Positions 1-7,981 of a stretch of 19,063 nt of DNA are shown piece by piece. The stretch is from an uncultured archaeon. GTDB lineage: Archaea; Asgardarchaeota; Thorarchaeia; Thorarchaeales; Thorarchaeaceae. Each line of letters starts with the position of its first letter. The first letter of the stretch is position 1. The position numbers and the translations under genes were made by a program. The stretch spans positions 1 to 19,063 of the forward strand of contig CAZYLT010000029.1 in the NCBI GenBank assembly GCA_964648855.1. Direction: 5' to 3'. Under the pieces are notes generated by a model. The model had not been told where the DNA came from. It was given only the letters and a program-made list of their open reading frames with translations, and made no database searches.

Positions 1-84
1 TGCGCGTAAAGGGAAACTCCGCCCTCTGGAGCAACCTACGTTGCACCGCTAACCCATTGTCCTGTACCTCTCGTTCTACCTCTG
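1..84 (+). repeat. Dispersed composite repeat, copy 1 (truncated by the left window edge)
   Basis: 28-55 GGAGCAACCTACGTTGCACCGCTAACCC is identical to 7082-7109. 1-21 TGCGCGTAAAGGGAAACTCCG matches 5274-5293 with one extra A. Confidence 0.9.
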
Positions 85-181
85 AGAGGTTCCGAAGAAC
101 TGACAGTCTGTAGTATTGTCCCGCAGATGTATGCTTGACCCACTACATAATCAATGGAGGTCAAGGCGTTCATATGATTCA

Positions 182-1081
182 CTAGCTGTTGTGGTCCTGC
201 CTGTGCCAGACATAGATTGGATAAGAAGTACTAGTTTTGAAGCCCACGTGTTTGTACATCCTGAATGCGATATTGGGCTCATCAATAATCACATCTAGCC
301 AGACATTTGCTATCGACTTGTGTTCCCGTATAATCCCCTTCAAGATGTCAATTAGCAGTAATCTCCCAAGGCCACGGCCCCGGTAGGGGGGCATCAATCC
401 GATGAAACTGATATACCCTCTGTTTTTGAGTGTGTTGTAGACGCAGATACCAATCGGCTCCGAATCGTCCATGAGAAGGTATGTTTCACTATACCGGTTC
501 CATTGAGCGAGGGTTTCTCTGCATCCATCAATCGAGCCATAGAAGTCTTGGAAGAGTTCGAGAGAAGAAGAGTCACGATGGCACTCGTATAGCGTTGTAA
601 CAGCAGTTTTCTCGTTAGAAGTATCGAATGGAACCAGCGAGAAAGAATTGGGAAACTTCGAGGGAGGTAGGTCCTGTATCTCCTCGCGGGATATACTCAT
701 CAGTTTTCTATCGTATTTCACGAAGCCGTTGCTGGTGAACGTGTCGTAAAGGTGTTCAGGGAAGAATTGAGCCATGATATAGAGCGAAGAATACGACTTC
801 TTGAAGTGAGTGATTGAGTCTTCCAGGAGTTTCTTCCAGTGTCCATTCCTTGCATGTATCATTGTGAGCCGCTTCATGTCCACCTTGAACGAACAAAAAC
901 CGACAGGAGAGTTCTCTAGGTCGAACCCTGCCAACACCAGTATCTCGCCACTCTTCATCTTTGACCTGAGAGACTCCCGCAGCCTCTTTCTCTTACCTTT
1001 ATCATCCGTATAGGTGATAAGATATTCATCTACAAGGTCTTCAATTAGATTCCAATCCTCTACGAAAATCTCACGAAGCAT
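182..1081 (-). CDS. GNAT-family N-acetyltransferase (probably tandem GNAT, C-terminal domain intact)
   Basis: 299 aa. Acetyl-CoA motif A GLMPPYRGRGLGRLLL and motif B NIAFRMYKHVGF; GGGTGG upstream of the ATG. Confidence 0.85.
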   Translation of the reverse strand: MLREIFVEDWNLIEDLVDEYLITYTDDKGKRKRLRESLRSKMKSGEILVLAGFDLENSPVGFCSFKVDMKRLTMIHARNGHWKKLLEDSITHFKKSYSSLYIMAQFFPEHLYDTFTSNGFVKYDRKLMSISREEIQDLPPSKFPNSFSLVPFDTSNEKTAVTTLYECHRDSSSLELFQDFYGSIDGCRETLAQWNRYSETYLLMDDSEPIGICVYNTLKNRGYISFIGLMPPYRGRGLGRLLLIDILKGIIREHKSIANVWLDVIIDEPNIAFRMYKHVGFKTSTSYPIYVWHRQDHNS

Positions 1082-1415
1082 CAGCCCACCCGTTTCAAAG
1101 ATGGTTTGATTGAATATAAAATATCCTTGGCCTTGGTACTATAACATAGTCATCAGTAACAACGGAATAAGAGCGTGCTTGCAGTCATTTCTCGCTTATT
1201 GTCTAGTTATTGCTTTGGGACCTGTTGAAACTGATTTCACACGCGTACAGCGAGTTCCAATTCCCAAGTAAGTCTTGGATCCTGATTCGCCTTGATGATT
1301 GGACGCCTTTCCCTATCCCCGAAATGCCATTTCTGGCCCCAAATCGTATTGAAATTCCAGCATAATAGTATTGGATAGACACAAATACTTCACTGCAAGA
1401 CTATTTCTGATACCC

Positions 1416-3356
1416 ATGAATGATTTCCCTGTGGAATCCATTCTTTCTGCAAGACAAGTTCTATCTCCAAATCTCGTAGGTGACCATGTCTACTTTGTTA
1501 GTGATATGAGTGGGATTATGAGCCTATATAGAATGAGGAGGTCGGGCAGTTTCCCTGAAAGGTTACTTCCTGCTGGAATGGCGATCCAGAACCCCCATCT
1601 AATGGGACAAAGTCATCTCTATGTGGTTTTTCCTGAGGTGAATAAGATACTCCTCATGTTGGACCAGGACGGAAATGAGCTATATCAACCATGCCTACTA
1701 CCTCTTGAAGGTGGTGTTCCAGAACCAATCTTTGGTAACCAATACGAGGGGCAGCAAATCGCCTGTTACAACTACGATGTCAAAAGGGGTTATGCCTATT
1801 TTATTAGGGACGATCGCACAGTGAAGGAGGGGTCCTTCCGTTACACAATAAGAGTTAATCTCGAGTCCCTTACGGAAACCACTCTTGGTAGAAGTCAGGC
1901 TCTAGGTTTCTTACCTCAGCCCAACGACAATCATTCGAAAATCCTTTTGTCGGAGGGCTACGTATTTGGAGATTTTGTTACATTTCTCTGGGAAGAGGGT
2001 AAGGATGACCTGAAACTCATTCTAGGTACACCACTCAGTGAAAGGGGCGAGAAGGAGAAGACCAAACTATACAATGTCATTCCCATGCATTGGGGCGCGG
2101 AGGGTTCACTCATCTACACCACGGAGTTTGATGACCTTGGTGGGATAGGATACTTGGACATTGCCAACCCGGAGAGCTTCCAAGAAGTTACCATTGAGGG
2201 GCATTTACACGATGGCTTTGGTGAGTTCGAGTCCCTTGAACACATTACCCATGACAGGTATCTCTTGGCATACAATATTGACGGGTGCTCGTGGAAGTAC
2301 GAGGGGGTGTTTGACCGGGATGGCATGAAGATGACCATTCGAAATGTCATTGTTGGAACCCCACCCTTCAACGAGGGGGTGGATCTTGGTGTGACTTGGG
2401 ATAAATCAGTAACTCTCAATCAGAAGAAACCAATCCAGTATGTGATTTCGTTCACAAGTGCAACACAGCCCTCACAGCTTTATCTCTATGTTCCTGAAGA
2501 AGGCAAGGAGTCGATTGTTCAGCTATCAAGAGAACGGGTCATCGGTATACCTAGAGAAGTGTTCTCCCCCGGGGAAGATGCCAGCTATGACTCCTTTGAC
2601 GGATTGAGAATATCTGCACGGCTCTATTTGCCAGCGGAAGAGCTTGGCTTCCAGGGGCCACGCCCTCTTGTCTTGTACGTACATGGAGGGCCAGAGAGCC
2701 AAGAGCGGCCTGACTTCACTTGGTTCAGTATGCCACTGATTCAACTGTTGACAATGAATGGATTTGCAGTGTTTGTGCCAAATGTCAGAGGCAGCACAGG
2801 GTATGGGTTCAAGTACGCGAAGCAGGTTGACCATGACTGGGGAGGAAAGGACCGGCTTGACCATGTTGAGGGCATCAAATCACTCGAGCAAGATAATCGG
2901 ATCGACTCTTCCAGACGAGGGGTTGTGGGACGTTCTTATGGCGGGTACATGACTCTGACCCTCGCCATGCGCCATCCCGATCTCTGGGGAGCTGCCTGTG
3001 ATATGTTCGGACCCTATGACCTTATTTCTTACATCAACCGCGTACCTGAATCATGGGCGGTGTACTTCTACCTCACAATTGGACACCCAGAGAGAGATGC
3101 AGAATTCCTCAAGGAGCGGTCTCCCAGTGCATATATGGATGATCTTGAGGCGCCGCTTCTTGTAGTCCAAGGGAAGAACGATCCAAGGGTCCCTCATAGG
3201 GAATCTAGTGATATGGTAGAGAAACTAAGGTCATCTGGTAAGCAGGTCGAATACCTGATGTTTGAAGACGAGGGGCATGATGTCCTCAGATTCAAGAACA
3301 GAGTCACAGTCTACAACAGAATCGTAGACTTCTTCAAGACCCATTTGGAACCTTGA
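1416..3356 (+). CDS. S9 (prolyl oligopeptidase / acylaminoacyl-peptidase) family serine peptidase
   Basis: HGGP, NVRGSTGYG, nucleophile GRSYGG, acid QGKNDPRV, base DEGH, plus an N-terminal propeller-sized domain. ATG at 1416 preferred over the TTG at 1371. Confidence 0.93.
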   Translation: MNDFPVESILSARQVLSPNLVGDHVYFVSDMSGIMSLYRMRRSGSFPERLLPAGMAIQNPHLMGQSHLYVVFPEVNKILLMLDQDGNELYQPCLLPLEGGVPEPIFGNQYEGQQIACYNYDVKRGYAYFIRDDRTVKEGSFRYTIRVNLESLTETTLGRSQALGFLPQPNDNHSKILLSEGYVFGDFVTFLWEEGKDDLKLILGTPLSERGEKEKTKLYNVIPMHWGAEGSLIYTTEFDDLGGIGYLDIANPESFQEVTIEGHLHDGFGEFESLEHITHDRYLLAYNIDGCSWKYEGVFDRDGMKMTIRNVIVGTPPFNEGVDLGVTWDKSVTLNQKKPIQYVISFTSATQPSQLYLYVPEEGKESIVQLSRERVIGIPREVFSPGEDASYDSFDGLRISARLYLPAEELGFQGPRPLVLYVHGGPESQERPDFTWFSMPLIQLLTMNGFAVFVPNVRGSTGYGFKYAKQVDHDWGGKDRLDHVEGIKSLEQDNRIDSSRRGVVGRSYGGYMTLTLAMRHPDLWGAACDMFGPYDLISYINRVPESWAVYFYLTIGHPERDAEFLKERSPSAYMDDLEAPLLVVQGKNDPRVPHRESSDMVEKLRSSGKQVEYLMFEDEGHDVLRFKNRVTVYNRIVDFFKTHLEP

Positions 3357-3488
3357 CATAGCGCTACTAAACCATTATTAGAGTAATTCTAGCAGTAACT
3401 CTTTTCGACTAACTTTTGAAACCAAGAAATGTGCTAAACAGGGCAGAAAAAAGAAGAATCTTTCAAAAAGGGCAGATAACCTCTCTCC

Positions 3489-5009
3489 TCAGCTGAAGAT
3501 GGATGAAAACTTAGTCTGTAGATACTTCAGATATGGTTTGCACGACATCTCTTTGCCTGTGACTCTCTTCATGAGATCTGGCGCATCATAGAGTCGCCCC
3601 TTCTTGTGGATGTTTTCAGACATCCAACTGACAATATCGGAGATGTCACCATTGGCAATCTGGTCCCTCCAATCGGACATCTGCTTTGACATGGCCTCTG
3701 CTAACTGTGCCGAAAATATTTTTCCTAGTACAAACATCGGAAAATAACCATAGTAACCACGTCCCCACTGCACGTCTTGCAGTGCACCTTCGCCGTCGTC
3801 ATTCACTGTCACTCCAAGGTACTCCTCATAGAGCTCATTCCAGACGGATGGTATATCGGAGATCTCGATCTTGTTATCGAAGAGATCTTTCTCAATCTCA
3901 AATCGAATGATGATATGAGAAGTATATGTTAACTCATCGGCGGTAACACGGATTGGTCCGGGTCGTACTTGGTTCACCGCTCTTACGAACTCATCCACGC
4001 TTATATCCTTGAACTGCCCGTCTGTGGTCTCGTTCAGTATGGGCAAGAAGTATCGGATGAACTCAGGCGACTTTCCAATCATATTTTCAAGAAAATTTGA
4101 CTGTGACTCGTGGATGGAAACCCCCGACCATATCCCGACTGGCTGATACTGCCACTCTCTATCTAGATTCATATCGTATAGCGCATGGCCAGACTCGTGC
4201 ATGAAAGCATAGCAGGCTTGAGAGAAATTCTTCTCCTCGAATTTCAATCCGATTCGTACATCATCATATACACCAATTGACATGCCAGGATGCACACACT
4301 CGGCTATATGCCCGATAGCATTCTCTGATCTGAGGTCATAACCTACAAATTCTGCAAGCCGCTCAATCAACTGAATTTGGGTGGCCTTCTCTACGGGCCT
4401 ATTTAGAAAGTCAGTTTTTATCTCCTGCGAGATGTTGGCATATTTCTCAACCATAGAATTCAGAGGTGCTTTTAACTCATCAAAGACTTTAGTGATGTGT
4501 TCTGTCCTCATTCCCATTTCGAACCCGTCAATACAGACATCATATAGGTCAGAGGCACCTACAATGTCTTGAATGCATTCAGCATACTCCAGCATAAGAG
4601 TAAACATCTTCTCGAACTCAGGCTCAAAAATAGACCAGTCATTCTTTACCAGGGCCTTCTCCCGTGCATTATTCGTTATAGGCCACTGCCTATGCAATCG
4701 CTTTTCCAAGTCTTCTGGGAGCTGGGTGTTCATGTCATATTCTCTTCTCATAAGAAAGACGTTGCGTTTCTGAACCTTCGTCAGCGGTTCGTACACTGAT
4801 TCCTTCTCAACGGCATCGAGAAGGCTACCAATCTCCTTGTCTGTGTTCCGGCGGTGCCGTATAGACCCAAGGAGGGCATTCTGGTCAGCTCTTTGCGACA
4901 CAGCCCCCGGTGGCAAGAAGGTGTAGGTATCCCAGTTCAGGGTCCCCATCACAGACGCCAGTATTGTGATTTCTCTATGCTTCTCAAGTAATCTCTCGTA
5001 TGCCTCCAT
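3489..5009 (-). CDS. M32 family metallocarboxypeptidase (carboxypeptidase Taq-like), divergent
   Basis: HEXXH = HESGH, HESQS, IRVTADELTY, QDVQW, GYFP. ATG at 5009 with GGAGTG upstream. Confidence 0.92.
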   Translation of the reverse strand: MEAYERLLEKHREITILASVMGTLNWDTYTFLPPGAVSQRADQNALLGSIRHRRNTDKEIGSLLDAVEKESVYEPLTKVQKRNVFLMRREYDMNTQLPEDLEKRLHRQWPITNNAREKALVKNDWSIFEPEFEKMFTLMLEYAECIQDIVGASDLYDVCIDGFEMGMRTEHITKVFDELKAPLNSMVEKYANISQEIKTDFLNRPVEKATQIQLIERLAEFVGYDLRSENAIGHIAECVHPGMSIGVYDDVRIGLKFEEKNFSQACYAFMHESGHALYDMNLDREWQYQPVGIWSGVSIHESQSNFLENMIGKSPEFIRYFLPILNETTDGQFKDISVDEFVRAVNQVRPGPIRVTADELTYTSHIIIRFEIEKDLFDNKIEISDIPSVWNELYEEYLGVTVNDDGEGALQDVQWGRGYYGYFPMFVLGKIFSAQLAEAMSKQMSDWRDQIANGDISDIVSWMSENIHKKGRLYDAPDLMKRVTGKEMSCKPYLKYLQTKFSSIFS

Positions 5010-5091
5010 CACGAAACACTCCAAAGAGCAAAACGCTCGGCTATCTAGATATAACCATGTCTAATTAATGTGGCGGACCTCAATAGAATAG

Positions 5092-5244
5092 TATGATGTC
5101 GCTGGGCGGTTTGACGAAACTATCGAGATCTTAGTGAACTATGGCAAGGAACACAACGATAAGTCAGCTCTCGAACGAGCTGATGAAATCCGTGAGTTGA
5201 AACGGTCATTCGAAGAGACCCAACGTCCACTCTTTTTGGATTGA
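5092..5244 (+). pseudogene. Orphan 3' fragment of an unknown helical (TPR-like?) gene; forms the left part of repeat copy 2
   Basis: Open frame YDVAGRFDETIEILVNYGKEHNDKSALERADEIRELKRSFEETQRPLFLD*, preceded by an in-frame TAG at 5089. Homologous decayed frames at 6935-7027 and 15475-15537. Confidence 0.65.
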
Positions 5245-5360
5245 ATATGAAAAATATAGGGTGCTCAACAGCATGCGCGTAAGGGAAACTCCGTTTTCAG
5301 GATACGATTATACATTAGTGCTATTCTATCAAAACCGCTAATCCGCTATGCTCGTTGAAC
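5092..5360 (+). repeat. Dispersed composite repeat, copy 2
   Basis: Shares GAAGAGACC, GTCCACTCTTTTTG, TATAGGGTGCTCAACAGC (5255-5272 = 7037-7054), ACTCCGTTTTCAGGA and ACCGCTAA with copy 3. Confidence 0.9.
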
Positions 5361-5566
5361 TCTCTCTTTTCCTTCTGGCAGTGTTAATAATTCGGATTGC
5401 AGCATCATTGAGAGGGGAAATTGAACCATATTCAATCGTCTAATTGAGGGCACCAAGGTTGCTCTTACTGTAGGGGGCAAGGTCTAGCATGCTTTGAAAA
5501 GATGCGGGCTTGTGCTTCTATATCTATATGCAAAAGGCCTCGCCTTTAGATAAGTAAATTCGAGAA

Positions 5567-5968
5567 CTAGGAGCAAAGCCTACCTGCAAACCAATCGGCG
5601 AGTTCTTCAAGACGTATCCTATGTTCAATGGTGAGATTGCAAATCATTACTGACTCACATTTTTCTGATGTGAACCAATGCCCATTCATTCGTAGGAAAG
5701 TCTTAGCCGAAAGAAGTGCAGTCCTTTTATTCCCATCTTCAAATGGATGTACATTAATAATACACTCGAACAGAACAGCAGCTTTTAACCAGAGTGTTTC
5801 ATAGAGTTCTTCCTTTTGATAGCTCATCATCGGCTTTTCGGCACACATGTCAAGCATACCGTAATTAATCACGGTAGCGATGGAGAAATCCCATGCTTCA
5901 ATTGCTTGATGAAGTGAGATGATATCATCGGTGCTTAGATAGTGGAAGTTGTTGTTTGATTCCACCAT
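5567..5968 (-). CDS. doc: Doc (death-on-curing) family Fic toxin
   Basis: 133 aa. Doc-type Fic motif HPFEDGNKRTA, with KAAVL before it and FLRMNG after it. Confidence 0.92.
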   Translation of the reverse strand: MVESNNNFHYLSTDDIISLHQAIEAWDFSIATVINYGMLDMCAEKPMMSYQKEELYETLWLKAAVLFECIINVHPFEDGNKRTALLSAKTFLRMNGHWFTSEKCESVMICNLTIEHRIRLEELADWFAGRLCS

Positions 5969-5977
5969 CGCTGCCCC

Positions 5978-6427
5978 TTATTTCGCCAATTCTCTTAGTG
6001 TTTCCTCATCTTCGATAAGGAGTTGCAGAACGATACGCCTGAATCGGCTGTCCTGATGGTCAGCAAGGACTGATGCTGCATTAATGAATCGTAGTAGCGT
6101 TTCAAGACTGCGCCATTCGTAATCAGATGAGGAAATTGATCCCCTACTCCTATGGATAATCCATGAATCCAAAGCTGGACTTACGCCTATTTCACTGCTT
6201 GTGAGGTGAGTTAATTGATTCCTAATAAAAGGAAATCGTGGAACAGGAGAATCTGTTTCTTCTGCAGAGGGGCTTCTTATATCGTATCTCGTGATGAATT
6301 CATCATCTCTATTTAATGGAAATGAAAAAGTCGGATGGATATAGAGAGCGTTATCTGATGAGGTATGGACTGCAATCTCTCTTTGTACATACTCATCATT
6401 CAGTTGAGTGGGGATCATCTCTGTCAT
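5978..6427 (-). CDS. Putative Doc antitoxin with a long Ser/Pro/aromatic-rich N-terminal extension
   Basis: Lies 9 bp upstream of doc. C-terminus LLIEDEETLRELAK resembles the ...LRELAK tail of Doc-partner antidotes. ATGA overlap with the upstream gene. Confidence 0.6.
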   Translation of the reverse strand: MTEMIPTQLNDEYVQREIAVHTSSDNALYIHPTFSFPLNRDDEFITRYDIRSPSAEETDSPVPRFPFIRNQLTHLTSSEIGVSPALDSWIIHRSRGSISSSDYEWRSLETLLRFINAASVLADHQDSRFRRIVLQLLIEDEETLRELAK

Positions 6428-6795
6428 TCATTACCACCGGCTTCTCTGGAGGCTTGGATTTCCTTCTCCATCATTTCTAATTCACTTACTCTCTCATTAA
6501 GCCATCTAGCTAATTGTCTTGCTGCTGGTATTGAAAGATCAATGCCAACGATGTATTCTCTATCAACAATCGGGGGATCAGCTGGATCAATATCTTCTAT
6601 CCTTCCTTCGCGTTCATTTTTTGGAACTAATTTTTGCTTCGTTGACCGTCTAGTTTTTTCATGGTAGAAATCGATGTTGAGGTGGTATCCACTTTGGAAA
6701 CCTCCACGTGCACCAGTGGCATATACTTTTCGATAGTCTGGTGAATAATGATACTCGAATATCACCATTGGTTTATCCTTTTCATCTGATGGCAA
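6424..6795 (-). CDS. Hypothetical protein, DUF3467-like (beta strands plus C-terminal helix)
   Basis: PDYRKVYATGARGG...LNIDFYHE...REYIVGIDLSIPAARQLARWL pattern. TTG start with GGGGT upstream; stop overlaps the next start. Family call is from recalled pattern only. Confidence 0.55.
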   Translation of the reverse strand: MPSDEKDKPMVIFEYHYSPDYRKVYATGARGGFQSGYHLNIDFYHEKTRRSTKQKLVPKNEREGRIEDIDPADPPIVDREYIVGIDLSIPAARQLARWLNERVSELEMMEKEIQASREAGGNE

Positions 6796-6934
6796 GTCTT
6801 AACCCCTGTATCTTTATCATATTAATCGATGCTAGCAGCCTAATAGTATTGCGTATATGAAATCTCATGAGAATTACTACTAAAAATGTTTGTTAAGTGT
6901 CACTCTTATTGAGCTAGAAAACCCAGATATCTTC

Positions 6935-7140
6935 AGCGAGCAGCCAGCCCTAGTATAAACCCATGAGATTCGTGAATTAAAACAGTCGTACGAAGAGACC
7001 TAGTGTCCACTCTTTTTGAATAAATAAATGAAAAATTATAGGGTGCTCAACAGCGCACATGAAAGGGAGACTCCGTTTTCAGGAGCAACCTACGTTGCAC
7101 CGCTAACCCGTCAGGCCCGTACTTCTGCTGCTTTTGCTTC
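6935..7140 (+). repeat. Dispersed composite repeat, copy 3
   Basis: Decayed frame SEQPALV*THEIRELKQSYEET*CPLFLNK*, then core GCTCAAC (7045) ... GTCAGGC (7116) and a pyrimidine-rich tail CTTCTGCTGCTTTTGCT. Confidence 0.92.
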
Positions 7141-7148
7141 CAGATAAA

Positions 7149-7565
7149 TTAAGAGGCTACTAACACGCTTGCTAACCAAAGAATGAATTCTCTTAGTAGT
7201 TTGAGTCCAATATACGAAAGTACGCTTGTACTTAGGAATGTGATAATGGCCTCTCCAAGCGAGTTTGTTTCATTGTATGTTTCTGCAGCTGCACCAATTG
7301 CCATCAGCAGAGAAACACCCACTTCCGGTGCATCTATGAATATATGAACCAGAAAGCCTTCTGGGCTACGTGGATCTCCATAGTCGACATGAAGCTTCCA
7401 TCCGGTAGGATATTTCAGCAGGTGCATGTTACCAGGACCTCGATACTGAGCCATTGCGTCCTTGATTTCACCAAGCCTAGTTTCCTCAAACCCCGGGGGA
7501 AGATTCGGCATTCTGCTTTCTGGAATCCAGACTTCCTGCCCCGGTTTCAGTTTAGGTAACATCAT
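7149..7565 (-). CDS. Hypothetical membrane protein with a His/Asp-rich N-terminal domain and C-terminal hydrophobic helices
   Basis: ATG 7565 preceded by GGAGGTGA, 1 bp after the upstream stop. Motif QYR...H...HVDYGDP...H...DAPE followed by two hydrophobic segments. Confidence 0.75.
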   Translation of the reverse strand: MMLPKLKPGQEVWIPESRMPNLPPGFEETRLGEIKDAMAQYRGPGNMHLLKYPTGWKLHVDYGDPRSPEGFLVHIFIDAPEVGVSLLMAIGAAAETYNETNSLGEAIITFLSTSVLSYIGLKLLREFILWLASVLVAS

Positions 7566-7566
7566 T

Positions 7567-7818
7567 CTAGTTTTCACCTCCAAATATTTCTGCAAGAACG
7601 GCCACCCCCACACCGAAAAGGAATGCCCCTACTAGTGAACCAAGCGCTGACTGCATATATTGAGGATTCTCTCGCGCCCTTTTTTCACGGATATCGGCAA
7701 TGAAGGCATGTATGATCTGCTGAACCAGAGCATTACGAGACGAGGCCATACCTTGGTCAGCTAAAGCATCCAATATTTCCGCTTCCTCATCAGGCAAAGT
7801 CACAATAATCCGCGCCAT
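7567..7818 (-). CDS. Ribbon-helix-helix (CopG/NikR-like) protein with a C-terminal Gly-rich transmembrane segment
   Basis: MARIIVTLPDEEAEILDALADQGMASSRNALVQQII is an RHH pattern; ALGSLVGAFLFGVGVAVLAEIF is hydrophobic. Confidence 0.8.
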   Translation of the reverse strand: MARIIVTLPDEEAEILDALADQGMASSRNALVQQIIHAFIADIREKRARENPQYMQSALGSLVGAFLFGVGVAVLAEIFGGEN

Positions 7819-7820
7819 AA

Positions 7821-7870
7821 TTACACATCTTACATATTTGTATGCGTATTACGCATATATTGATATAATT
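7821..7870 (-). promoter_or_regulatory. Putative promoter/operator of the RHH operon
   Basis: Perfect inverted repeat TATGCGTA-T-TACGCATA at 7841-7857. Related half-sites TTACACAT (7821) and TTACATAT (7830). AAAATTATAT TATA-like element on the minus strand just upstream. Confidence 0.6.
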
Positions 7871-7981
7871 TTTGTTACTTCGTGTCAATAAGACTGGGGC
7901 TTTCACCTGAGAAACAAGTGCACAGGATTGCTTAATGATATGACAATCTGTCTTCAGCATCCCCAATGCAATATGATAGAA

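Noticed and set aside
1-84. Minus-strand reading of the repeat core as a protein (EVEREVQDNGLAVQRRLLQRAEFPF)
   Set aside because: Single-base indels between copies break the frame, so there is no consistent ORF.
3357-3488. Terminator between the convergent peptidase genes
   Set aside because: Only A/T tracts are visible. These are compatible with archaeal termination but too unspecific to place.
5068-5244. In-frame TAG (5089; also 7001 in copy 3) suggesting amber/pyrrolysine readthrough of a small ORF starting at ATG 5068
   Set aside because: TAG is the normal stop of GNAT, doc, RHH, rad50, nurA and mcrB here, and copy 3 also has an in-frame TAA. Decay is the simpler explanation.
7045-7116. 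Repeat core as group II intron domain V or a cobalamin riboswitch (AGC...GNRA; AGGGAA...CCGC)
   Set aside because: The AGC arm does not pair back as in domain V, the cobalamin T-loop and B12 box are absent, and no matching downstream gene lies on the + strand.
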